From the NCBI GenBank assembly GCA_041556195.1, contig JBFFIY010000006.1, positions 1 to 60,681 of the forward strand: DNA of 60,681 bases, given 5' to 3'. Source of the stretch: Enterobacterales bacterium. GTDB taxonomy: Bacteria; Pseudomonadota; Gammaproteobacteria; Enterobacterales; GCA-002770795. Numbering within the stretch: the first letter of the stretch is position 1; every line of letters begins with the position of its first letter. The notes beneath the pieces are model-generated. The model worked only from the letters and a program-made list of their open reading frames with translations, was not told the origin of the DNA and did no database searches. The translations under genes and the position numbers were made by a program. Shown one piece after another: positions 47,487-57,512 of this stretch.

Positions 47487-50400
47487 ATGAATCAAGTATT
47501 GAGACCTTCTAATCAAACGCAAGCCTGGTTAAGTGAATTTTTGTTATCGAGAGCGGTTATTGGTCGACCCAAAGGCGAACCGCTTTACAGCTATCAAGTG
47601 ACGTTTAAGGAATATGAAGCGTTAAGAAAACTACTGATTGACAACAAACAAGATTATTCTAGTTCCGTTAAAGGTGCGAGTTGGGCTGCATGTTTTTGCT
47701 TGTTTGTGGCAGAAACTTATCGGCGTGAATATGATGCCAGCGAAGGAGGATGGTCTTGGAAGCCATCTGAGAAGAAAATTAGCTGTGATTTTAATCCATC
47801 TCAACGAAAGCTTCTTGTTGAGAAAGGACTAGTGAAATATTGGAAAAGGCCAATAAGGCAACGAGAAAGAGGGAATGATTTACTTGGAACTTTATTTGCT
47901 GAAGGTGGACTACCATGGAGGTTAGTACAAAGTGATACTCATGGTTTTGGGCGAGCCATTAAAGGTGGATTAAAACAGTTTTCGCAAGGTCGAACTACTA
48001 CTGATATCATCGGAGATTATGAAAGTTCTTTGCCGCAGGTTTTTAGAAACCTTGATACTCGGCAGTTATTAGCTGGAATTGTTGAACAACTAATGTTCCT
48101 CGTTCAAAACTATCCGCTTAAAGATCAAGACGATCCTGCCGAATATCTAGACCAACACTTCAAACATTGGAGAAGAGAGTTTCCAATCCCTTTAAGCGAG
48201 GAGAATGGTAAAAGACTCATCAATGAATGGCTTAAGCATGCAGTTCAAAGGCGAAGCGAAAGACAAACTGAAGTTCAGAAAGACATAGAATTCACTTGTA
48301 GTCATATATTGACACAAGATTTAGCTAGTTGGAAAATTCAAACTCAATTATTTTTGCCAAAAACCTATTCTTTTGAAGTCAACAAAGAAGAACTCACCAG
48401 TACACGATTTGAATTGGGATTCTATGAAGGCGATACCCTTGTTGCAAAGGGAGGAGTTATATATGGAAATCTAACTGACAACGTAATGACGGTCCGATTT
48501 CCGAAATCTGTCATAAATCTTCAAAGAAAAAATATTTCAGAAACTGTCAGCCTGCGTTTGCTAGAAAATGGGTGTCAAAAATATATTCGCCTATTTGATA
48601 GCAGCGATTTGCATTATTCAGAAGATCCTATGGTGTTTGGTAAAGATGATGACGAGTGGTTGTTCGTAGCTAATGCGTCATGCCGGATCTCGGCCAAAGT
48701 TGCACGAATTCGAATGCCTGAGGGATTTTCCCTGATTGAAGGTGAGGCATCAGTTGTTCTTAAGGAGGAGAGTGGAGCTCAATGGTTAGAAGCCATGAGT
48801 GACGTAACTATAGCGAGAAGTGGAGATAAATATTCATTTTCACTAGCTAAAGTTATTAGTAAACAACCTTACCTATGCGGTTCTGTAGTATATTATCAAT
48901 CGCTACCAACGATCCTGTACAGAGGTTGGCCTCGTCTAAATATACCAGATGAATGCGACATAAATCTTAAAGGGTTAGTCCATTATGTTAACGGTAAGCC
49001 ACTTTCAGAATTAAGTAATGAAGAGTCTGTAGGCATAATTCGTTATACGGTAAAAAATTCGGACGGAAGCACTATTTTAATCCGACGATTTGGTTTATTA
49101 CCTAAAGAATTTGAAATCTCATTATTTCCTCAATCGACTTATAATCCAGCTAGAGTTGTAATTAGCTCCTCCTCTTTATTTAGCGTAACAATTAACGACG
49201 AGAGATTAAGAATTCAAACCTCCATAGATAACGAAAAAACAATAATATCCCTAGAAAATCGGAATAGTGAAATACCATCAGAACTCACACTTTGGATAAA
49301 AGGACAAAGCGACAATAAACCTATAAAACTAAATTTTCCCTATCCAAATGAAGGAGCTAGATTGGTCACTAGAGATGGAAAATCATTAGAGAAAATAAGT
49401 TTTTCTTTATCAGAATTAATTGGTACGAGGTTAGTTCTGACATCCTCTGGAAGGGGCGTTCAAGAATTTTTTGTTCAAATTGAGCTTATGAATGGAACTC
49501 ATTCGAGACCCAAAAGACAATATGTTATTAGTGTCGATAAAGTACCGTTAGCCGTTAGCTTGTTTGCGTATTTAGAGGACATAGTGCATATGCTTGGTGC
49601 GATTCCGAATCAAGATTGTTTTATTCGGTTTAGCATCGATTCAAGACGGCCGCTTCTACAATTTGATATAAGTCGTTATAACGGGCGCGGTAAATTGGAA
49701 GGCAACCGTTTGTTTATGGTTACCAAGTCACATAACAATCAAAAGTTCGCGGAATCGACAGTTGCAGCCATGTTGCTTTCTGACCCAAAAAGAGAGCCGA
49801 TAGTCTTAGAAGAAAAACTGACTCAAGGAGTGGGGACTGGTCTATTTGAAATAAACCAGGCCATGAAACGAACTGGTCCTTGGTTGATTTACCCTGAAAC
49901 TGGCTCGGCTTGTCAATTTAGACCTGAATTGTTCGTCCCTTCTTGTACACAGGTGCACAAGGACTCTCAAAACATTCATTCATTACATCAGGCTACTCAG
50001 GCATTTCACCCGATATATGCACCAGATGTTATTGATCAGCAGATTAACGATATGGCATCAGATTTTGATCACAGTGGATGGCAATACATAGCAGATCTAA
50101 AAATGAATTACGGTCACTTACCTCTATCAACATTTGAAAGTTGGAAATCGCTTGCTAACAGCCCTGTGTGTTTAGCGACATTAGTCTTTAGATTGGAAAT
50201 TGATGAATCATTTTGTTCCAGATTAAGGGATGAGTTAGCGGTAATTTGGGAGTTTGTACCTTTGACTATTTGGGTAAGTGTTTTTAAGCAATATCTAGTT
50301 TGGCTAAAAGCAAAGAGTTTACCCGAGTCGTTGATTGACAATGTTGTTTCCAACAGGAAAGAAGTCCTTCCAGCTGTTGTATCAGGATTTGAATATCTAG

Positions 50401-50789
50401 ACGACTACTTAGTATCTGGAGATCTTAGCCAATTGAAAGTCGCGCCGATTGAACTCTTTTTGTCTGATTGGGGACATGAATTACGGAATAGGCACCCTGA
50501 TAACTCTAAATGGCCGGATGTGATTGGCCCTGTGTTACATCGTTGGATACAAAATCAATCACTGCCAGAATGTATTGAGGCGTTATCAACAATGCACGAA
50601 ACAAATGCTGTGACCTACTTACCAGTATATATGGCTTTTGTCTCGTCGGGGAAATGCGTTATAACGGATTTGGGAGTTGAACTTCCGCTTCTAAAATTTG
50701 CAATTAGGATGCTATCGGATTTTGACCGTCAGTCCTGGTATCTACCGATGCATTCGATGATGGTTTCTTATTTGTTGGCAAAAAAATAA
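47487..50789 (+). CDS. druH: STY4851/ECs_5259-family protein, DruH-like (Druantia type III)
   Basis: 1100 aa; N-terminal PLYSYQ, CFCLFVAE, EGGLP motifs; immediately upstream of a 2081 aa DUF1998 helicase. Confidence 0.72.
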   Translation: MNQVLRPSNQTQAWLSEFLLSRAVIGRPKGEPLYSYQVTFKEYEALRKLLIDNKQDYSSSVKGASWAACFCLFVAETYRREYDASEGGWSWKPSEKKISCDFNPSQRKLLVEKGLVKYWKRPIRQRERGNDLLGTLFAEGGLPWRLVQSDTHGFGRAIKGGLKQFSQGRTTTDIIGDYESSLPQVFRNLDTRQLLAGIVEQLMFLVQNYPLKDQDDPAEYLDQHFKHWRREFPIPLSEENGKRLINEWLKHAVQRRSERQTEVQKDIEFTCSHILTQDLASWKIQTQLFLPKTYSFEVNKEELTSTRFELGFYEGDTLVAKGGVIYGNLTDNVMTVRFPKSVINLQRKNISETVSLRLLENGCQKYIRLFDSSDLHYSEDPMVFGKDDDEWLFVANASCRISAKVARIRMPEGFSLIEGEASVVLKEESGAQWLEAMSDVTIARSGDKYSFSLAKVISKQPYLCGSVVYYQSLPTILYRGWPRLNIPDECDINLKGLVHYVNGKPLSELSNEESVGIIRYTVKNSDGSTILIRRFGLLPKEFEISLFPQSTYNPARVVISSSSLFSVTINDERLRIQTSIDNEKTIISLENRNSEIPSELTLWIKGQSDNKPIKLNFPYPNEGARLVTRDGKSLEKISFSLSELIGTRLVLTSSGRGVQEFFVQIELMNGTHSRPKRQYVISVDKVPLAVSLFAYLEDIVHMLGAIPNQDCFIRFSIDSRRPLLQFDISRYNGRGKLEGNRLFMVTKSHNNQKFAESTVAAMLLSDPKREPIVLEEKLTQGVGTGLFEINQAMKRTGPWLIYPETGSACQFRPELFVPSCTQVHKDSQNIHSLHQATQAFHPIYAPDVIDQQINDMASDFDHSGWQYIADLKMNYGHLPLSTFESWKSLANSPVCLATLVFRLEIDESFCSRLRDELAVIWEFVPLTIWVSVFKQYLVWLKAKSLPESLIDNVVSNRKEVLPAVVSGFEYLDDYLVSGDLSQLKVAPIELFLSDWGHELRNRHPDNSKWPDVIGPVLHRWIQNQSLPECIEALSTMHETNAVTYLPVYMAFVSSGKCVITDLGVELPLLKFAIRMLSDFDRQSWYLPMHSMMVSYLLAKK

Positions 50790-50805
50790 AAAGGATTGCA
50801 GTGAA

Positions 50806-53800
50806 ATGAACTTTTTTAAGAATCTAGTAGCTCAAAGTATCAGTCGCACTCGTGAGGCATCGTTGAGTATGTTGGGACTAACTAATGCTGGTCTAAGAGA
50901 GCATGTAGGCAAACAAATGAATGATGAACTGGGAACGGAAGGATGTTTTTTAGCACCTCCCGTTTTTGAACATACTTTTGGATGGGATGAACACGCGTGT
51001 ACATTAGCTGATCTTAAGGGTAAATTATTCTCCGAAAAGCTTCTTGATACTTTAGAAAATGCCCCAGCTTATGCTTTTGATTCGGAGATTCATCCCTATA
51101 AACATCAATTGAAAGCTTGGAAATGTTTGCTAGAAGAGAAACCCAAATCAGCGGTGATCACTAGTGGTACAGGTTCTGGTAAAACAGAATGTTTTATGAT
51201 CCCTATCTTAGATGATCTCATTCGTGAAAGAGAGCTCACTAAACAACCATTGGTTGGTGTTCGTGCGTTGTTTCTCTATCCTTTAAATGCGCTGATCAAC
51301 TCTCAGCAGGAGCGATTAGATGCTTGGACGACCTCGTTTGGAAAGGATATTCGCTTTTGTTTATATAACGGTAAAACAGAAGAAAACGAAAACAGCGTTA
51401 AAAAGCTCCAGAAAGGAAGACCTAATCAAGTCTTGTCTCGTGAGCTTTTGCGAAAAGACCCTCCTCCTATTCTTATGACCAACGCGACGATGTTGGAATA
51501 TATGTTAGTAAGACAAGTCGACAGTCCGATTTTGGAAATATCAAAAGAGGTAAAATCACTTCGCTGGATAGTGCTAGATGAAGCACATACCTATGTTGGC
51601 TCTCAAGCAGCAGAATTATCCTTACTATTGCGTCGGGTAGTTCAAGCCTTCGGCAAGCATTCTGAAGATATTCGTTTTGTGGCGACGTCAGCGACGATTT
51701 CAGATAATGACTCCGAACAAAGGTTAAAGGAGTATTTGGCTAGTCTCGCGGGAGTTAGTATTGAGCAAGTTGAAGTTATCGGTGGTAGCCGGGTCGTTCC
51801 TGATCTTGGTGAAAGTAAAAATACGAAAAATTTAGTTTTGAACGAAGTTACTTATATCGACAAAGATAACGAAGTTTCTTCCGAAAGGTTTTCGGCGTTA
51901 ATGACGTCAGATATAGCGACTAAATTACGTCATACGGTGGTGGGAAAAATACCAGTAGATCTAAATCAGCTCGTTCAGGAGGTAGGAGACTTGCTTGCTG
52001 GCAAAAGCAACATTGAAAAACAATATGAAATTTTGAGTTGGCTTGATCTAATGACTGGCACAAAAGAGACCCCAGAAAATGCGCCTTTTTTGAAGCTCAG
52101 AATACATTTATTTCAACGAATGCTTCACGGTCTGTGGAGTTGTATTAATCCAGATTGTAGTGCTAAAGCTAGTTCCTTAAACGATTGGCCTTTCGGTAAC
52201 GTTTATGTCACTCAGCGCGCAAAATGTGAATGCCATTCCCCAGTTTACGAAATAGGATTTTGTGGGGATTGTAAAATACCCTATCTCTTAGCTGAAGATC
52301 TTGGTGGTAAATTACAACAGCGCAGTCCCTATTCGGGAGACGAATTTTCGCTAGACTACGATGTATCTGACGATGATGAATTGCTAAATAGCGAAATAAC
52401 GTCTAGGAAAAATTCTAGATTAACCAAGAAAATTGTACTTGCTGACCCCAAGAAAAAATCTGAAGCATACAAATTTACAACGCTTGACTTGAATACATTA
52501 GCTTTTCAGAGTTTGCAATCAGAGAATCCTATACAAGTACTCTATTCAGAGGATGCTACTGCTTCTTGTATTCAGTGCGAATTTGCAAATAAAGCTGGGC
52601 GAGAGTTTTTACGAAAATCCTATCTTGGTGCACCTTTTTACGTGGCTAATGTTGTACCGACTGTTCTGGAATATTGTCCTGACCCTGATAAAGAGGGTTG
52701 CGGAGGGAAATCACCTGAAGAGTTACCGGGAAGAGGGCGCAAATTAATTACATTTACCGATAGCCGACAGGGGACAGCTCGGATGGCGGTTCGAATGCAA
52801 CAGGAAGCGGAAAGATCAAGATTGAGAGGGCTTGTTTTTGAAGTTTTGAGAAATGCGACGGTGAAACATGCACAAACACCTAGAGATAAACCTACAGGTA
52901 GTTATGAGGAGCTTATAAAACATGCTGAAAGTCTAAGAGGCTTGGGCATGTTTGAAATGGCTGAAAAGCTCATAGTTGACGCAAATAATGTTAAGTCGGG
53001 AGGTAATACATCTAGTGTTTTTGAAGTTTCATGGCAGGATCTAGTGAACGAACTATCAACTTCGAAAGATATTTCACAATCTATTCTTGATTACAATAAA
53101 TATGCTAATCCTGAGTTATTCAAAGGCAATGAGGCCGGTGCGACTATGGCGCGTTTGTTACTGGCAAGAGAGTATTCTCGTCGACCAAAAAAGCAAAATA
53201 GCACTGAAACTTTGGGGTTGGTTAGAGTTGGGTATCTTGGATTGGATAAAATAAAAACTGCACCAAAACATTGGCTTGAAACAGACGCTTTATCTGGGAA
53301 GAATATTGAAATTTCTGAAAAACTTAGTTTAGCTGACTGGAAAGATTTTCTTAAAGTGGCTCTCGATTTCTTTGTACGTGACAATACTTTTATCAGACTT
53401 GATCCAACAATGCAGCGTTGGATGGGGGGGCGATTTACTTCAAAAACATTGTTCTCACCTAATAGTGATATCGTTGAAAGTAATGTCATAAAAATGTGGC
53501 CTCAAGTTAGAACAAAAAAATCGGCTCATAGACTGATAAAACTTTTGGAGATTGGAGCCAATTTAAATCGTACTAACACAGATGATCAAGACAAAATGTC
53601 GACTTGGCTAGAAACCGCTTGGAAGGATTTAGTTAAGCTCAATATTCTAGAGCCGTTTGAGTCTGGATACTCGTTAAATTTGAATACGCTGACTTTCTCG
53701 TTACCTAAAGACGCTTGGGTATGTGTTGAGACTAATCGATTAATAGATACAACTTTTCGAGGATTAACTCCATATTTACCTGCGACGTTGGGAAATAAAG

Positions 53801-56800
53801 ACTATCGTTGTAGAAAGATAACTTTAGCCTCTTATATTTCTTTAAGGCCAGATGGTAATACGGGAACAAAATTAGAGCGAATTAGAAAATTGGTAGCTGA
53901 AAACAAGGATATAAATAAATTAAGAAAAGATAATCTTTGGACTGATATATCTGATCGAACCTTGGAAGGTGGCTTCTATTATAGAACGGCTGAACACTCA
54001 GCCCAACAGTCTTCTGAAAAACTGGAGTCTTACGAAGATTTGTTCAAATGCGGAAAAATAAATGTTTTAAATTGCTCTACTACAATGGAGATGGGCGTAG
54101 ATATTGGCGGTGTTTCAGCAGTTGTTATGAATAATGTTCCACCACACCCTGCCAATTACCTGCAACGCGCTGGACGAGCTGGTAGACGTAGCGAATCAAG
54201 AGCAATAGCTTATACACTTTGCAAAGCAGACCCACATAATCAGCGTGCTTTCTCGCAACCCAAATGGCCTTTTGAAACAGCTATTCCTGCACCAATTGTT
54301 ACTCTGAGTTCAGAGCGAATCATTTTGCGTCATGTAAATTCGCTTTTATTGTCTATGTTTCTTCGTAAAGAAACGTCTTCTGGAAAAGATAGAACCAAAC
54401 TAACGGTTAAGTGGTTTTTTTCCGGTGATAAAGATGCGCCATACCATCGGTTTGTTGAATGGTTGAATTGTTACCAAAACGATTTTCAGGAAAATGTCTT
54501 TGAACTGCTTAAGGGAATTAATATGGCAGGGAGGATATTATCCATGATCGAGGATGAAAGTATAGGAATACTATCTGCTATTTATGAGCATTGGGTAGAA
54601 GAATATGACCAGCTTGTTCATAAAATTTCAGTCGCTAAAGATGTGTCTTATGAGAAAGCGCTACATTTTGAATTAAAGCGTCATGAAGATGAATACTTAT
54701 TGAGGGATTTATCCGCTAGAGCATTTCTGCCTGGATATGGATTCCCAACAAATGTTGTCAACTTAAAGACATATAATATAGAGGATTTCGATAACCAATT
54801 AAATCGAAAAGACAGTAAATATCGAGAAGATAATATTTTCATGCACAAGGAACAACCAACTCGAGGATTGGATATTGCAATAAGAGAGTATGCGCCAGGT
54901 GCGCAAGTTGTAATCGATGGACGTGTATACAAATCTGCGGGAATTGGACTTCACTGGCATTCGGGAGGAGCTGTTAAAGAAGCTCAGAAATTTGATATTG
55001 CGTGGCGCTGTACGCATTGCGGAATAAATGGATTTAAAGAAAATGCATATTCAAATGAAGAAAACATGGTCTGTACGCGCTGTGATCATGAAATCGCATT
55101 TTCAGAGAAAAAAATGGTTTTAAAGCCCTCAGGTTTTACCACGGATTTCTTTGAGTCTACGAGTAATGATATAAGCAGTCAAAAATATATTCGTGTTGAG
55201 CGTCCGAGAATTCATCTCGAAGGGCAATCTCTCGCATTACCAGATAGTCGGTGTGGCCATATAAGGTATGGTCATCAAGGTAATATCTTTTATCATTCTT
55301 CTGGAGAAAATGAAACTGGTTATGCTGTTTGCATGGCTTGCGGAAGAGCAGAGTCTATGACTCAAACTTGTAAAGTTCCTACGGGACTTGGGCCGGAGAA
55401 AAGTCACCGACCGGTTGGTGGATTAGAAGGTAGTCATAAGGAGAAAGATTGCTCAGGAGAGTCAGTCAAATCTAATATTTATTTGGGATTTCAGACAAAA
55501 ACCGATGTATTAGAGATATTTTTGAAGAATCCCTTAAATGGTTTGTGGCTTTCTGATTCTGATGACGACCAAATTATTGCTACGACGTTTGCAGTGGCAA
55601 TGCGGGATGTAGTTGCAGATGAACTTGGGATAGCCAGTACTGAAATGGGGTTTGGCTTTAGACTGGATAAAGATATTAAATCAGGCGTTGGTCGTTCTGT
55701 TATACAGCTGTACGATTATGTGAGTGGAGGTGCGGGGTTTGTCTTATCTGGCATCGGTAATATTGTTACCTTATTAAATAAAATAAAAGATAAACTAGAA
55801 TGCCGAGTTGATTGTGAAAATGTTTGCTCTTGTTGTTTAGCTGGTAAAGATAGTCGTGTAGAACAAGAAGAACTCGACCGGAAGGCCGCTTTACAATGGT
55901 TGGTCGATAGCCAATATCTAGAACACTTGGTATTACCTGATGAATTCAAAGAAATACCTGGAGCCTCATATTGCTCTTATAATCCTCTCCAATTTATTCG
56001 CTCGGAAATTAACAAAGGAGCGAACGAAATCAATATTGTTTTACGCGGAGATACAGAGAACTGGGATCTAAATGGAGCCGGCTTTAGAGACAAAGTGTTG
56101 ACGTGGAAAATTGTAGAAAAGCTAACTGTAAGGGTTGTTATTCCAAAAGGTACAATACTTTCAGAAGATATGAAACGTAGTTTGGTTTTGCTTAATCGGT
56201 TAGGGATTTGTATTTCAGAAGTTGATTTGACGACCCAAGAATTTTTGTCTTCAGTCGTAATTCAATTAGTAAACCACAATAAGATACAAACATTGCTATC
56301 AAACGAACCGGAGATATCGTCACCCCATGAAGAATGGATGCAATCAACTCTTTCTAGCATATGGGTAACTAGCAATTATTTACCTGAAGTGAAGATGCAG
56401 GAATTTGATGTTGTTGGATGGGATGGAATTGAAACTGGTGCACAAGTTATTGAACTTAGAAACGAATTAAACGGTCCTTTGGCTTCCTTAAGCACTAGGC
56501 TCATTAATCTATTAAAGAAACAAGCACCGGAGATTTGTGATTTAATTGAGAACGATACAGCGATTTCACTTTCCTATACAGATCGATATTTAAAGTCACC
56601 GTGGTCTCTTATGCTTTTAGAAGGATTCTTGACGCTCTTTAGCGGTAGTTTAAACAAAGTAGATATTAATGTTGTAACAACGGTTTCGAATAGAAATGGC
56701 TACCTACTTTCTCATGATTGGAGTGAAGGGAATGATCAAAAGCAAGTTATGAAATTGTGGTTAAAGAGACTGTTGAGCATTGCCCCCCATATAACAATGG

Positions 56801-57051
56801 CTAAAAAGAGTTTTGAAATATCTCATGGTAGAGTGATCTCAATAGTATGGGCGTCGGGAAGAAAAAGCAGAATCATTCTCGATCAAGGAATGGGATATTG
56901 GCGAGTTCAAATGCCATATAGAGATGAGATGGAATTTGATTTTTATCAATCGTTCGAAGAACAAGTACAGGAAATGGAAAAAAAGTCTAAGATAGCAGTC
57001 ATGAATAATTCAGCGAGTTGGCCGACTTTCATTACGGTTGTGAATGATTAG
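50806..57051 (+). CDS. druE: Large DEAD/DEAH helicase with DUF1998 domain, DruE-like (Druantia type III)
   Basis: SGTGSGKT, YPLNALINSQ, DEAH, ATSAT, FTDSRQ, TTMEMGVDIG, QRAGRAGRR, SGGAGF...CRVDCENVCSCCL Cys cluster. Confidence 0.8.
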   Translation: MNFFKNLVAQSISRTREASLSMLGLTNAGLREHVGKQMNDELGTEGCFLAPPVFEHTFGWDEHACTLADLKGKLFSEKLLDTLENAPAYAFDSEIHPYKHQLKAWKCLLEEKPKSAVITSGTGSGKTECFMIPILDDLIRERELTKQPLVGVRALFLYPLNALINSQQERLDAWTTSFGKDIRFCLYNGKTEENENSVKKLQKGRPNQVLSRELLRKDPPPILMTNATMLEYMLVRQVDSPILEISKEVKSLRWIVLDEAHTYVGSQAAELSLLLRRVVQAFGKHSEDIRFVATSATISDNDSEQRLKEYLASLAGVSIEQVEVIGGSRVVPDLGESKNTKNLVLNEVTYIDKDNEVSSERFSALMTSDIATKLRHTVVGKIPVDLNQLVQEVGDLLAGKSNIEKQYEILSWLDLMTGTKETPENAPFLKLRIHLFQRMLHGLWSCINPDCSAKASSLNDWPFGNVYVTQRAKCECHSPVYEIGFCGDCKIPYLLAEDLGGKLQQRSPYSGDEFSLDYDVSDDDELLNSEITSRKNSRLTKKIVLADPKKKSEAYKFTTLDLNTLAFQSLQSENPIQVLYSEDATASCIQCEFANKAGREFLRKSYLGAPFYVANVVPTVLEYCPDPDKEGCGGKSPEELPGRGRKLITFTDSRQGTARMAVRMQQEAERSRLRGLVFEVLRNATVKHAQTPRDKPTGSYEELIKHAESLRGLGMFEMAEKLIVDANNVKSGGNTSSVFEVSWQDLVNELSTSKDISQSILDYNKYANPELFKGNEAGATMARLLLAREYSRRPKKQNSTETLGLVRVGYLGLDKIKTAPKHWLETDALSGKNIEISEKLSLADWKDFLKVALDFFVRDNTFIRLDPTMQRWMGGRFTSKTLFSPNSDIVESNVIKMWPQVRTKKSAHRLIKLLEIGANLNRTNTDDQDKMSTWLETAWKDLVKLNILEPFESGYSLNLNTLTFSLPKDAWVCVETNRLIDTTFRGLTPYLPATLGNKDYRCRKITLASYISLRPDGNTGTKLERIRKLVAENKDINKLRKDNLWTDISDRTLEGGFYYRTAEHSAQQSSEKLESYEDLFKCGKINVLNCSTTMEMGVDIGGVSAVVMNNVPPHPANYLQRAGRAGRRSESRAIAYTLCKADPHNQRAFSQPKWPFETAIPAPIVTLSSERIILRHVNSLLLSMFLRKETSSGKDRTKLTVKWFFSGDKDAPYHRFVEWLNCYQNDFQENVFELLKGINMAGRILSMIEDESIGILSAIYEHWVEEYDQLVHKISVAKDVSYEKALHFELKRHEDEYLLRDLSARAFLPGYGFPTNVVNLKTYNIEDFDNQLNRKDSKYREDNIFMHKEQPTRGLDIAIREYAPGAQVVIDGRVYKSAGIGLHWHSGGAVKEAQKFDIAWRCTHCGINGFKENAYSNEENMVCTRCDHEIAFSEKKMVLKPSGFTTDFFESTSNDISSQKYIRVERPRIHLEGQSLALPDSRCGHIRYGHQGNIFYHSSGENETGYAVCMACGRAESMTQTCKVPTGLGPEKSHRPVGGLEGSHKEKDCSGESVKSNIYLGFQTKTDVLEIFLKNPLNGLWLSDSDDDQIIATTFAVAMRDVVADELGIASTEMGFGFRLDKDIKSGVGRSVIQLYDYVSGGAGFVLSGIGNIVTLLNKIKDKLECRVDCENVCSCCLAGKDSRVEQEELDRKAALQWLVDSQYLEHLVLPDEFKEIPGASYCSYNPLQFIRSEINKGANEINIVLRGDTENWDLNGAGFRDKVLTWKIVEKLTVRVVIPKGTILSEDMKRSLVLLNRLGICISEVDLTTQEFLSSVVIQLVNHNKIQTLLSNEPEISSPHEEWMQSTLSSIWVTSNYLPEVKMQEFDVVGWDGIETGAQVIELRNELNGPLASLSTRLINLLKKQAPEICDLIENDTAISLSYTDRYLKSPWSLMLLEGFLTLFSGSLNKVDINVVTTVSNRNGYLLSHDWSEGNDQKQVMKLWLKRLLSIAPHITMAKKSFEISHGRVISIVWASGRKSRIILDQGMGYWRVQMPYRDEMEFDFYQSFEEQVQEMEKKSKIAVMNNSASWPTFITVVND

Positions 57052-57255
57052 AAATTTTGTGGAGTTAGAAATTTTGAGGGTTAGGTTCTGTTGGAATTCC
57101 ACAATGATCCGATGGATTAGAGACAGTCTAGAAAGTCTCTTTTGAGTTGTTTAAAGATGATTAGTGAATTACCGACTCAAAACCACATAACTAATTGAAT
57201 CAAAACCAAATAACTGCGATTAAAGCTATCAGATAATCTTATGATATTTTGACTG

Positions 57256-57313
57256 ATAATGAAAATACCACAAAATATGACACTTTAGGATTAGGAGCTG
57301 CATACCTGGCTCA
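57256..57313 (+). pseudogene. Degenerate fragment of the GreA/B-like gene
   Basis: NENTTKYDTLGLGAAYLAQ versus NENTAENRYDTLGLEAAYLAQ encoded at 59183-59246; DNA aligns with one 6-bp gap. Confidence 0.75.
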
Positions 57314-57512
57314 AAGAAGGTTAAGTTCTCATGCAAAACCCAATGCCGCTAAGAAAAAACTTAAACAGGTCAATTTGTTGTTTAATAGTGGATTTCTAAT
57401 GAAAAATAATTCCGTCATTTGTGTCATTTTCAAACAAATAAGCTATTCTTTAACTAGTAATACTGCGGTGATCCGGCTATTCCATTTAATAACAATAGGA
57501 GGATTGAACGTC

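Noticed and set aside
57048-57085. TTAGAAATTTTG direct repeat after druE
   Set aside because: Two AT-rich copies only and no partner found at the left island edge, so not supportable as an att site
57249-57512. 88 aa N-terminal extension of HMG-CoA reductase
   Set aside because: Consists of a greA-like remnant plus intergenic sequence; the AGGAGG RBS supports a start at 57513
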